From assembly GCF_006345805.1 (NCBI RefSeq), contig NC_043019.1, positions 22,009,360 to 22,073,359 of the forward strand: 64,000 nucleotides of DNA. Direction: 5' to 3'. The translations under genes were made by a program, and so were the position numbers. Source of the DNA: Octopus sinensis (Eukaryota). A model generated the notes under the pieces. The model ran no database searches. It was not told where the DNA came from and saw only the letters and a program-made list of their open reading frames with translations. Positions 39,001-51,399 of the stretch are shown here, piece after piece (position 1 is the first letter of the stretch; every line of letters begins with the position of its first letter).

Positions 39001-39462
39001 AACAGCAGCCAAATCACCCTTAAATCATATTCATTAGATATTAGAAAGGAAAAAAGACATATAAGATAATGGTATCCAGGGTACCCCTTCAAGAGCTGGA
39101 ATGGTCATAGCTGGAATGCTTTTTGATCAAGAATCTATATAACCAGGTCTGATCCAAGACTGAATAACACCACTAATGACAAGCTCATTAATCCCCAACC
39201 ACTGTACTGGGTTTCATATGATCAGAGATTAGTATAAAAGAACCACAACCATCATAATCTACCACAGGAGTCTCCCACCACCCAGCCATGGACCAGTACT
39301 GGGTCATGGATAATTTGGTGTCAGGCCTCACAAAAAAAAAATAAATCTTTTGAAATGTATTATACATATTACAATAGAATAATTACATTTGCATTGTATA
39401 TGTAATGATTAAATTATATATTATGCATTTTATTGTGTTTTGTTATGCACTTGATCCTCCAG

Positions 39463-39660
39463 TTCATAGGAAAATTGTCTTGCAGGAAACCAGTCTGGGG
39501 ATTGCTGTTCCAACAGACAAGTCACTTGCCTCCATGGTGCCTCCTAACACCACCACTAGAGCAAAAAGGAAAAAAAACACATTCCCGGGCTGTTATACTG
39601 CATCTCTTATAATAAATTCCTACAGGTGTTTTAAATACACAGTACAATCCTCAACAAGAG
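39463..39660 (+). CDS. Weak candidate exon (198 nt, phase 1-1): HRKIVLQETSLGIAVPTDKSLASMVPPNTTTRAKRKK...
   Basis: Acceptor TTTTGTTATGCACTTGATCCTCCAG, donor AAGAG|GTAAAC, open frame. However, a strong minus-strand acceptor overlaps it. Confidence 0.25.
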
Positions 39661-40180
39661 GTAAACAGATAAAACATTGGCTAATGAAGTCCTAGATATA
39701 CAATACTTGAGAGAAGAATTGCAGAGGAGGGAGAACACTTTTGTTCAATCATAGGTCTGCTTTGTAAAAGAAGTAATACTATGCCTAATCAATAATAATT
39801 CCAAATCTTTACAAGTCTTAAGACATCTCTCTACTCATCCCACTACATTCTTAGCCCAACCTTTGGCTTACTTTTCAAGTCAATCACCAATTTTAAGCTT
39901 TTCTAAGTTATGTCTTAACTAACTGCTCTTCACTTACATTTTCTCTTACTTTCTCATAGCCAATTTACCAATCTATCTGTCTCGTGTATTATCTCAGTTC
40001 ACAACACACACATCACACTACTTCTCATTCTATCTTTATTGTCCTATCTTTTACACATTAAGCCACACAACTAGCAAATGGAATTCCCTACTTCCCCACC
40101 ACCAGTACACAATGCCCACTTTTCATATATTCAGCTCACAAGATCTCTTTCTTTCTGACATATGCCTGTATGTATGTGCA

Positions 40181-40232
<52 letters not shown>

Positions 40233-40312
40233 AATAGCAATTGCGAAACCGGTCGATATATTAAAAATTATATTAAAACCATGTAAGTGTGCATATTTTC
40301 CTTTTTTAATTT

Positions 40313-40397
<85 letters not shown>

Positions 40398-41506
40398 AGA
40401 GAGTGAGAGAGACAGACAGAAACACATGCATTCACCACCACACTTTTAGAGCTTCTAAATACTGTATCACTTCCCAAGATCTTTTGTTTTTTTTCCTAAA
40501 AACATTCTTAGATACCAAGAAATTCTAAATCTAAACAGCGTATTAGGAGAGGCTATTACATATACATATATATATATATTTATATATGATTTATTATATA
40601 TAGGAAGTGATGGACAGATATTGTGAATATTTTGAAGCTTACCGAGACATAAGTGACAGACAAAAACCTACCTCTAGGCTATAATATGCATGAATTACAA
40701 ATAACATTTCTTTCCCACTTCAAACCCTGAGGACTAATAGATAGATAGAACTTTATTTTTCTTTTAACTCTGTCCGTCTGTATCTCTAACTCTCTCGAGA
40801 TATATATATATATAGAGAGAGAGTGGTACAAATGTGTGATTAAGAAGTATGCTTCCCAACTGTGTGGTTTTGAGTTCAGTCCCACTGCGTAGCACCTTAG
40901 GCAAGTGTCTCTCTCCTACTGCAGCCTCGGACCAACCAATGCTTCATGATTGGATTTGGTAGACAGAAAATTAAAGAAGCTTATCGTCTGTCTGTGTATG
41001 TATTGATGGCTAGAAGGAAGGAAGGAGAGAGGGAAGTGCTGCATCACACAAGTAGTGTTGTCCATTTCCAATCTTCTGACAAAATATGTCCGGACATAGA
41101 GATATAGTGCTTTGGAAACAGGTGAGGGTAAGCATCAGGAAGGGTAGCTGGCCATAGAAAATCTGTCTTCAAGATTTTAAAGTTGTGATTGTTAATTCAT
41201 AGAATGACAATGTAGGGGAGGTGTGAAAGGCCAGATTTGGCCGTTTTGAACATTAAATAGGTAGAATATTTGGGCCTGATATCTTCTACTTGTTTCAGTC
41301 ATCAGGTTGCGGCCATGCTGGGGCACTGCCTTGAAAAATTTTTCAGTCAGATGAATCAACCTCAGTACTTACTTTTTAAGCCTCATCCTTACTCCATCCG
41401 TCTCTTTTATCAAACTAAGTTACAGGGATGTAAACACAAAAACACCAGTTGTCAAGCAGTGAGGTGGGGGACAAACACAGATGCAAAGATATATACAAAT
41501 AAATAC

Positions 41507-41805
41507 ATATAAATTAAAGGAAGAGGAAAACAAAACCAAGGCAGGGCAAGCTTATTAGATCATTCAAATTATTTTAATTATTATAATGGTGCTTTCAAGT
41601 AATCAAAAGTAAATAATAATGTCTAGCAGCTGTTTCTGGGATATCCCAGATAATGGATCGATGTGATGACCAACATTTCCATATACTGGGTATTCTGTCA
41701 TTGGAGACAAGATATATAAGCAGGAAATTTCTATGTGAGAAAATTTAAATGATCTGATAAGCTTATCCTGCCTTGGTTTTGTTTTCCTCTTCCTTTAATT
41801 TATAT
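41507..41805. mobile_element. Inverted-repeat element (~64-bp TIR-like arms), probably two Penelope-like tails head-to-head
   Basis: ATATAAATTAAAGGAAGAGGAAAACAAAACCAAGGCAGG...ATCATTCAAATT and its reverse complement at about 41742-41805. The minus strand carries TGGG ATAT CCCA GAAACAGCTG, a hammerhead 3' half. Confidence 0.7.
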
Positions 41806-42295
41806 CCGCTGACTCAGAAGTAGGCTATATGACTCCCCAGCTCTGTCCCCCATTGTGAACATGGGTCCTAGTGGCTTATCAATTGGAGCACTTACACAGC
41901 ATGCCTATTAGTTTGGATCACTAGTGGCCTAAACCCTTTCTTATTCTCTCTCTCATATAGTACCCGGTATGGGCCCCTATCCAGGGTTACGGAAAAGGAG
42001 ACAACCTTGAAAGAAATCCGGAGTGGAGCCCTGTAGGTGGTTTAGTGTTCAACTCGACACTCTTCCGGCAGCTCCTGCAACCAAGCTGGTGCCAAACGCA
42101 ATGCTCTGCATTCCTTTAGACTACATCAGCAAGGTTGAGAGAGGAATCCTAACGATTGGGCTACCCAGGATTTTCTTACATCTAGCCCAGGCCTGCGCAA
42201 AACTGGAGAGGAAACTGGAGAGGACATGAAATGTAAAAACCAGACTGGATTAGTTTATGCGCAACTCCATTGTCTCCCGAGACAAAAAGATGCCA

Positions 42296-42326
<31 letters not shown>

Positions 42327-42507
42327 TGATGGGCTTCTTTCAGTTTCCATCTGCCAAATCAACTCACAAGGCTTTGGTTAGGGCTCAATGCTATAGTAGA
42401 AGACACTTGCCCAAGATGTCACGCAGTGGGACTGTACCCAGAACCATGTGGGTGGGAAGCGAGCTTCTTGCCATACAGCCACACCTGCAACTATATGCCC
42501 AGTTTAA

Positions 42508-42729
42508 CCCTTTAGTGTTTAAACTGGCCAAATCCGGCCCAATATATTCTACATGTTTTATATTCAAACTGGCGATATCTAGCCTCTCACTCCTAACCTA
42601 CAATGCCCTTCTGAAAATAAACAATCATATCATTGAAACCTCAAAGCTCTAACATAATGCATGATTAATTCAAAACAATTTGAGTGAAAAAAGTATTACA
42701 TTTAACAGAGTATTCTGAACACTAAAGGG
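42508..42729. mobile_element. piggyBac-type MITE (222 bp)
   Basis: TTAA|CCCTTTAGTGTT ... AACACTAAAGGG|TTAA. Same family as 59964-60179, in the opposite orientation. Confidence 0.9.
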
Positions 42730-42759
42730 TTAATAATTAACATTTTATATGTCAATAAA

Positions 42760-43215
42760 CATTGAGTTGACAGAGTTTGCCAACGACTCTCAACATCATC
42801 ATGAAATTCCAAACAAAAATGGCTAACAAAGATTTCTCTGACTTCATAACCAAGTCATGAACTTAAAGAGTAAAGAGTAATGGGAAATCAGTTTAGTGTC
42901 CAACCCAATGGCAGGAACAAAATACCTACGGAAAATCAAATTCAGAAGCTATGAGCAGGTAGTCAAATACTTTATCAATTTGGTTGCTGTTTTTTTAATT
43001 TTTGCTTTTTGCCTGTTTTGAAGGTTTTTCTCTTTCTTTCAGATTATGTATTTTGTGATCAATAGCTGTATTGGTTATAGGTTTCCAATGAGCCAATTAC
43101 TGGTTTACAACATTTCTAATAGTAAGAATGATAAGAGTGTCTGTGCAACTCATGCGAAATAAATGCCACGAGGTAGTCTTAGTTTGATATGATGGTTTTT
43201 ATCACCTATGTGCAT
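42760..43215 (+). repeat. Unclassified ~450-bp repeat, paralogous to 46665-47100 (and weakly to about 4050-4170)
   Basis: Shared TTTGTGATCAATAGCTGTATTGGTTATAGGTTTCCAATGAGCCAATTACTGGTTTACAACATTTC and CATGA.ATTCCAAACAAAA.TGGCTAA. Confidence 0.85.
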
Positions 43216-43608
43216 ACCTTTTTACATACATTATGAAGGAATGAAGGAAAGAAAGAAAGACACATGCACACATGTAGGCACACATACGATCAACGGGAAA
43301 GATGTTTTCTTTGAAATTACAAGGTCACAGGTTTAGGAGGTCAGTTCCCCATTAACATATCCTAAAGACCTCAATGATAAAAGAAGCAATTATATTGAAG
43401 AACATATTTCAAATGAAATACACTGTGTGTTTCAATTAGTTTTGAACATAATAAAATATTTGGAGAAATCTAATAGCTAACATTTTCATTATCAAGCTAA
43501 AGTTCATTAAAGATTTCTTTGGTAAAATGTAGTCTTTAGCACAAAATTGGAAAGGCATAAATAGTTCAGTTTTTGGGGGAAAATTTCAGTTAAAATATTG
43601 AATGGTTA

Positions 43609-43851
43609 CAGTGGTTCTCAACTGGGGTCCATATGGCCCATGGGGGTCCACATAGGATTTTGTTGTTAAAATTTATCTGCAATAAATTGGTTATACTTCA
43701 ACAATACACAGAATATTTAAACAATTTTTTATACAATACCTATAATATTTCATTAAGAAAATATAATATGGTTTTTAAAAATATGAATGGCTATCAGAGC
43801 CCACCTGAATGAAATAAGGGTTCATAGGTAAAAAGTGGTTGAGAACCACTG
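43609..43851. mobile_element. hAT (Charlie-like) MITE
   Basis: Perfect 14-bp TIR CAGTGGTTCTCAAC / GTTGAGAACCACTG; TSD only partly preserved (GGTTA). Confidence 0.85.
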
Positions 43852-44704
43852 GGTTAACATATAGCTGTCTTTGTGAGAGAGAGAAGTGGGGCAGAACAAA
43901 AGCAGGTGAGGAAGTAATATAGAGGACGATGAGAGGAAAGGAGAACAGTATTTCTTATTCCTCTCATTAAAATTCTGTCATTAAAAGAAAGATTCGTTTT
44001 AACATCTATTTTTCCATGCCTGCAATGGATTAGACAGATTTTGTTGAGGCAGATTTTCTACAGTCAGATGCCCTTTCTGTTGCCAACCCTAACCTATTTC
44101 CAACCCATTACCAGTTATGTTTTTGTAGACTAGAAACAAAGGAAACTACTTATATGACAGTGATACTCGTTTACAATTATCGGGATGTCAAAGCAAGTAG
44201 ATAGTAATGCATATACACACACATTTTATATATATATATAAAATGAAAATATACAGCAGTTTGCAATGTTTTACCAAAAAGGAAGACGTAATTGTCACTA
44301 AATGCAACTAGGTTGTTAGAAACACCTACATTGCTAGAAATAAGAGCTAAAATGATCTAATGCTATTGTCAAGGCACATAACTGTATACATATATACAGA
44401 CAGGGATTATAATCATCCAAAAACACCGTTTGAAAATTCCTTATACTGAATTCAGTTTCAGCAATTTCCGTTGTCTCATTAGTAAGGACTGGATCTACTT
44501 CAGATGATTTCAGACTTACTTCTCTGTTTTTATATGTTTTCATCATAGAAATCTATGGATGATTTAGCAAATCGCTAATGTGTATACATAAAATTGAAAT
44601 ATACAGCAGTTTGCGATACACACACACAACAGGCTTCTCAGATTCTGAATAGCAAATCTACTCACAAGGCTTTGATTGGCCTGGGACTATAGTAGAAGAC
44701 ACTA

Positions 44705-44938
44705 AAGGCGGCGAGCTGGCAGAAACGTCAGTGCGCCAGGCAAAATGCGTAGTGGTATTTCGTCTGTCGTTACATTCTGAGTTCAAATTCCGCCGAGGTC
44801 GACTTTGCCTTTCATCCTTTCGGGGTCAATAAATAAAGTACCAGTTTCGCACTGGGGTCAATGTAATCGACTTAATCCCTTTGTCTGTCCTTGTTTGTCC
44901 CCTCTATGTTTAGTTCCTTGTGGGTAGTAAAGAAATAT
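44705..44938 (+). mobile_element. Young full-length SINE family B inserted into an older family A SINE
   Basis: 16-bp TSD ATAGTAGAAGACACTA at 44689-44704 and 44939-44954; B-box-like GAGTTCAAATTCC. Confidence 0.92.
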
Positions 44939-46091
44939 ATAGTAGAAGACACTAGCCCAAGGTGGCACACCATGGGACTGAACTCAAAACCATGTGGTTA
45001 AGAAGTAAACTTGTTACTACACAGTTGGGTTTGTGCCTTTTTTTACATAAAATTATCATAAAAGGTTTGCATTTAACTAAAAAACATTTTTTAAAGGGAG
45101 CTTTTGTATTATAAAACTAGGAAAAAGTTCAGGCAGGTTCATATCAAAAGAGACACCAAGACAATATTGCCAAGTCAACAAAATCTATAGTAATTCCAAG
45201 TTAGAATTATTATTAAAAAGAGAATATTGATTTCATTTCTTTACTTCTAAAAGACTGAAAGTTATAGACAAGTTCTTTTACCACACCATCTCTGGTTTCC
45301 TTTCAGACAAGCGAAATAAATCAGACGAGAAAAATAAAACGTAATATAAAATGAGGTTATGTAATTTTGTTGTTTATTGATTATCTGTAATATTGCAATG
45401 AAAAGAGGTAATAAAAGTGATGCACTTAAAACAATTGCAGTTCAAGCACTGTCATCAATGCTACTATTTTAATATACAAGAAATCTTTTCACTTGTTATC
45501 AAGTAGAACATTTACTATAAACTAACAAGTGCCATTGATAGCCTTATATGAAAATGCTTAATGAAGTAAGAGGGGATGACCAAAATGAGAAAAATCTAAT
45601 AATGGTGATGATGATGGTGGTGGTAAAGGATGTGGGGGTGATGGCAGTGGTGACAGTGATGAAGATGTGAAATATTTAGAGCAAAAAGTAGGTGGTTGAA
45701 TAAGAGTGAAAATAAGAAGGGTGCAATTAAGTAAAAAGACTAATCTGGAGAAGAAGTTGTTGTTGTTGTTGTTGTCATATAACCCCAGGTCGGCCCTGAT
45801 CAAGAGGATATATGATGAAAGGCATTCCAACCAAGACAATCCTGTCTTTTTAAAAGTATCGAAGAATACAAAGTTCATTCCAGAAGGTGTAAAACTTTTT
45901 ATTAGAAAAGCCATCATAACTATCCTATATTATTGTGATTTTATTATATCAATGCTATACATTTAATAAGCTGACTTGCCAAGGCAATATTTCCCCATTG
46001 CTTGATATGTTTTTGCGGAATATTGGAAATGAATTGCATCCATTTACAACAATGACAAGACCAGGAAAAAAAGCATACACATTATTTGGAT

Positions 46092-46150
<59 letters not shown>

Positions 46151-46664
46151 TACATACATACACACACACATGCACATATATATATATACACATACATAAA
46201 CATAAATACACACATGCACATATATATATATATACACATACATAAACATAATACATACACACATGCACATATATATACATATATATACACATACATAAAC
46301 ATAATACATACACACATGCACATATATATACATATATATACACATACATAAACATAATACATACACACATGCACATATATATATATATATATATATACAC
46401 ATACATACACACATACAAAATGGGGTTGTTTTAATTTCTATCAACCAAATCAACTCACAAGGCTTTGGTCAGCCCAGAGCTAGAAACGACATTTGCCCAA
46501 GATATCATGCAGTGGGATTGAACCCAAAACCAAGTGATTGGGAAGTAAACTCCTAAATCACACGGCCATGCCTGCACCTAATCTTTTTTTTGTTTTGTTT
46601 ATTTTGTTGTTTTTTTGAAAGTCATCTGTACTGGTACAAGCAAAGAATCTCAACTTAGAATCAA

Positions 46665-47100
46665 AATTGAGTTATAGACACAATTTCCCAACAATTCTCT
46701 ACGTCATTACCATGAGATTCCAAACAAAAGTGGCTAATGAAGATTCTTCTTAATTTGTAACCAAGACGAGAATTTGAAAGGAAAGAGTAATGCGAAATCA
46801 CTTTAGTGTACAACCCACAGATAAAACAAAATGCCTTCAGCAAATCAAATTCGGAAGCTAAGAATAGTTAGTCAAATACTTTGATCAATTTAGCCACCAA
46901 TTTTTTTTTTTGTTGTTTTTGCTTTTATATCATGCATTTTGTGATCAATAGCTGTATTGGTTATAGGTTTCCAATGAGCCAATTACTGGTTTACAACATT
47001 TCTGATGGTGAGAATGATAAGAGTGTCCATGCAACTCATGCGGAATAAATACAAGGTAGTCTTAGTTTGGTATGATGGTTTTATTGCCAATGTGTGTGCC
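46665..47100 (+). repeat. Second copy of the 42760-43215 repeat
   Basis: See 42760-43215. The 3' half is much more similar than the 5' half. Confidence 0.85.
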
Positions 47101-47349
47101 TAACTTTTGCTCAAAGAATCAGACATTCACAAGCGATTAGCTGAACCAAAGCTACAATAGAAAACACTTTACCCAAAGTGCCACATAGTGGGATCAAAGT
47201 CAGTCATGCATATACCAAGCTAACTTTTGTCTTAAGAAACATAACAAAAGACTAAAATTGATTATTTACACCATAGTGTATGTGTGTGCACATATATACA
47301 TACATACACGCACACATATACATCTCTATATACATACACACACATAGAC

Positions 47350-48690
47350 CATCATCATCATTTAACGTTCATTGCCCATGTTGGCATGGTATGACCAGAG
47401 CTGGCCAGCTGGGGAGCTGCATCAGGCTCCAGTATGATTTGGCATTGCTTCTATGGTTGGATGCCCTTCCTAACACCAACCACTTTACAGAGTGTGCTAG
47501 GTGCTTTTACGTGACACACATGTGCTTTTATGTAGCACATGGGTGCTTTTACATGGTACCACATAGGCACTTTTATGTAGTGTCGCACAGGCACACTTTT
47601 ACATGGCATCGCACGGTCTCTTTTACATGACACCACACTGACACCTTTACATGCCGCCGTATGGGTGCTTTTATGTGCCACCATACAGGCACTTTTACAT
47701 GGCACCACATGGGTGTTTTTACATGGTACCACATGGGCACTTTTATGTAGTGTTGCACAGGCACACTATTACATGGCACCACACGGTCGCTTTTACATGA
47801 CACCACACTGACACTTTTACATGCTGGCGTATGGATGCTTTTATGTGCCGCCATACAGGCACTTTTACATGGCACCACACAAGTGTTTTTACATGGTACA
47901 ACCATGCTTTTACATGGTTCACTTCTATTACTGAGTATGGGTCTTCTTGAGCACAGCAAGGTGCTAAGTATCTCAGTCCTTTGTCATCTCACCTGAAAGG
48001 TTCAGCTTCCTGAGATTGTTCTTCAGTACTTAACTATGTCTTCTTGAGTCTCCCACTTTGAGAGATAAGCACTTCTTTACGGAGCTGTTGACATCCATCC
48101 ACATCACATAACCAAACCAGCACACAGCAACCAATTCCTTTTATGCCTAACTTCTCTCTCAAAACACTGGCAATCTGTCAAACATGTACACTTACATTAC
48201 ATATCCAGTGGAGCATTACTAACCACGTTCCTTTCTAACCTTTGCATGTCATCTGCATTCAGAGCCCACATCTCACTACCATATAGAATTGCTGTCCATA
48301 TACATGCATCATACAATCTTCCTTTCACTCAGAGAGAGAAAACCTTTGTAGCCAACAGAGGTAACAGCTCTCTGAATTTCCTCCTTCCTATTCTTATTCT
48401 AGCTATCACACTCTCTGCGTTTCCTCCCCGCCACTATTAATTTAGTCCCCTAGGTAGCAGAAATTATTTACTATCTCTAATGAGCCACCCAGGCATTTGA
48501 GAGAATCACTTTCCCGAGTCTCTAAAGTTTTTATACATCCTGTACATCTTCCACATACGAAAACTATCTTCTCTGATAAACTTCCAATTAACCCACTGCA
48601 CCACATGGAATTCCTGCCTACACCTTTCCTACAAATCGAACAGGACCACCTACCTGAGATGGGTAGGGTCCTGCCAGTTTTACATACACA
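47350..48690 (-). mobile_element. 5'-truncated RTE-clade LINE: ORF2 C-terminus, 3' UTR with an expanded minisatellite, and (GAT)n tail
   Basis: The minus strand gives WSCSICRKGVGRNS...CGRC...LEIVNNFCYLGD...IARIRIG..KFRELLPLL..K...VKGRLYDAC...ILYGSEMWAL...GRLKKT...EMTKD, with stops and frameshifts. It runs directly into the RTE-tail sequence. Confidence 0.92.
47500..47920. repeat. ~21-bp minisatellite (GTGCTTTTACATGGCACCACA-like) with a 170-bp, 8-monomer higher-order unit
   Basis: The higher-order unit restarts at 47541, 47711 and 47881. Confidence 0.9.
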
Positions 48691-48730
48691 CACACAAACA
48701 AACACACACATATATATATATATATATATA

Positions 48731-49195
48731 TTCAGAAATATTAAATTTCTAAATCTCTCATAGAGATATGTACAGTGGTAGGGCGATTGAATGGTTGTAT
48801 ACTGTCAATCTAACGTGAACGTGACAGTAGGGGGTTACACCAGCGCTATTTAGCCCTAGGAAGCATCGACGCCTCCTGATGGCTTTGACACATTTTTCCT
48901 GTGTCCTTATATACATTTATGAAGGGGAGACAAACACCCCCAGCAGCCAGGCCTGCATCTAGAGACACGCATGTTTCTGGGGGACCGATGAAGGACAATG
49001 ATCCTGAAACATGTGTGTCTCTAGATGCAGGCCTGGCTGCTGGGGGGTGTTTGTCTCCCCTTCGTAAATGTATACAAGGACACAGGAAAAATGTGTCAAA
49101 GCCATCAGGAGGCGTCGATGCTTCCTAGGGCTAAATAGCGGTGGTGTAACCCCCTACTGTCACGTTCACGTTAGATTGACAGTATACAACCATTC
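48731..49195. mobile_element. Penelope-like inverted (foldback) element between (TA)n tracts; 407-bp palindrome at 48789-49195
   Basis: ~189-bp arms (48789-48977 and 49006-49195) with 4 substitutions and 1 indel. The 28-nt spacer holds a hammerhead core. Confidence 0.8.
48978..49024 (+). ncRNA. Type I hammerhead-ribozyme-like motif (U4C variant)
   Basis: CCGAUGA (48985-48991), stem II AGGA/UCCU with loop CAAUGA, GAA (49006-49008), stem III ACA/UGU with loop UGUG, and a GUC cleavage triplet (C17 = 49019). Stem I is weak. Confidence 0.5.
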
Positions 49196-49964
49196 TATAT
49201 ATATATTATATTATATATATATATATATATACACATATATACACAAACGCGCACAGACACACATATGTCTAAACACATGCACAGTGTGGGGAAAAAAAAA
49301 CACACTTTACAGGATGACAAACATTTTACTGTAAATGCATGATATGCACTACTGGTTAAAACTATGTGGGTGACTGATAAAAAATAAAAACAGTAAAAGC
49401 CACCACTACCATCTGCCTAACTTCACAAGCAGCAGCACATCAATGGCCATGTAAAATATGGGACAAAATCTTTCTGCCACACCTCCAAGTGTGAGAACCA
49501 TATACACCCTTCTCTAGAAATCCTGTAGTAATTCCATAAGGCATAGTCTACAATGGTGATGCTGTGCCCCCAAAACTAGCCAATCCGCTTGTTCTATTTA
49601 TTTATGTATGACAAGGTCAATAACATATAGATAATACACAAGGTGAATATGCAAAGAAAGATTGTATTAAAAATCTCTCCAACCAATGTAAGCACAGAAA
49701 AACTAAAGCTGAAGTGATTATACACACACACACACACACACACACATGCATGCATGCACACAGGTAGGAGGAAAATTGACAACAACTTCTTCCTACTCCT
49801 CCTCACACTAACGGCAAACAAGGTAAATATCACCATGGTAATGACAGGAACCATACCTATCCCAACCTCAGAACGGACACCAACAATAAAAGTGTTAACT
49901 TCTGTGGGCTCATATAAAATAGAAAGAAAAAAAAAACAAAATGAAACAGAAAAATGAATGTGCA

Positions 49965-50001
<37 letters not shown>

Positions 50002-51006
50002 TATACACACACACAATCTAGGTTTGTTAAACTCTACTGCTTCAGGTAAAATTAGTAGCTCGTTATTTAAGCATGCAATAGTCGTATATCTAAGCTATGT
50101 GATGTGAGTTAATCTAATCTTAATCCTACATGATTAAGGTAAAAACCTATAAAGATTTAAAACTGTCCAATCATGTACACTGTTTCAGCTTTTATAATTC
50201 AAAATATATTTTTATTTCTTTATTTTTTTGTTGTTCTTTTGTCACAAATGTTTCGTGCTGCAGTAAAAATACATAATAAAGACTATTTTATGTCACGACT
50301 ATTATTACTTTGCAAAAGGAGAGAGGAGTTTTAAGCAAGTCAAGGCCATGCTCCATGTTTTAGTTTTAATTAAAGCCATTTCTTTTTATGTCATTGCTGA
50401 TCCCCAGGATGAGTCAACATGATGGCCTATATTTGAGTTGATCAGTCTGCTAGAAAACACAGCAAAATCACCCTTGCATCACACCCTGCAATCTTACACA
50501 AAAAACAAAAAAATGTGAAAAACACATTTGACTACGCAATTGATGGTAGTCTCTTGTACTCGGAGAAAGATGGTTCTGCAATTTCTTGTATGATTTGTTT
50601 ATAGTGATCAAATGTTTGTGCTGTGTTCACTCCCTCTGTCAAATCAACATCAACGTTACTTGAACAAGTGCACAGTGTACACACAACAGGTGTCAAAGTG
50701 ATCACAGGGTAACATGAGATGAAGCATTTTGCTCAAAAACACAATGCACCACCCAGTCCAGAAATTTGAGGTGCAATTTCGTGACTGTGAATGCAACACC
50801 TAAACCACATGGCCATGTGCCCTCATATGTAATCATTGACATCCAAAAGTACAGAAAGGTCGTGGTTGGAATACCTTTGATCATTGGCCTGCTCAACCAA
50901 GACATACTTAGGGCTAAAATAACAAGGCCCTTAAGTAAAACTTGAACATGACACAATCTCATGTCTCCTCTTCTACATAATTTATAGTCTTGTGTATCTC
51001 TCTCTC

Positions 51007-51399
51007 TCTTTTACTTGTTTCAATCATTTGACTGCGGCCATGCTGGAGCACCGCCTTTAGTCAAGCAAATCAACCCCGGGACTTATTCTTTGTAAGCCCA
51101 GTACTTATTCTATCGGTCTCTTTTGCCAAACCGCTAAGTGATGGGGACGTAAACACACCAGCATCGGTTGTCAAGCAATGCTAGGGGGACAAACACAGAC
51201 ACACAAACATATACACACACACATACATATATATATACATATATACGACAGGCTTCTTTCAGTTTCTGTCTACCAAATCCACTCACAAGGATTTGGTCGG
51301 CCCGGGGCTATAGCAGAAGACACTTGCCCAAGATGCCACGCAGTGGGACTGAACCCGGAACCACATGTGGCTGGTAAGCAAGCTACTTACCACACAGCC
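51007..51399 (-). mobile_element. Young full-length composite SINE (family A head, microsatellite, tail)
   Basis: Many CpGs retained; best in-window representative of the family. Confidence 0.92.

Noticed and set aside
41810-42290. GC-richer segment as an exon or promoter (ORF 42023-42229)
   Set aside because: No convincing splice sites or recognisable protein. More likely a retroelement 5' region, which I could not classify.
49594-50016. Minus ORF with a TM-like stretch followed by RRSRKK
   Set aside because: Flanked by (CA)n-derived codons, lacks convincing paired splice sites, and hydrophobic frames arise easily in T-rich DNA.
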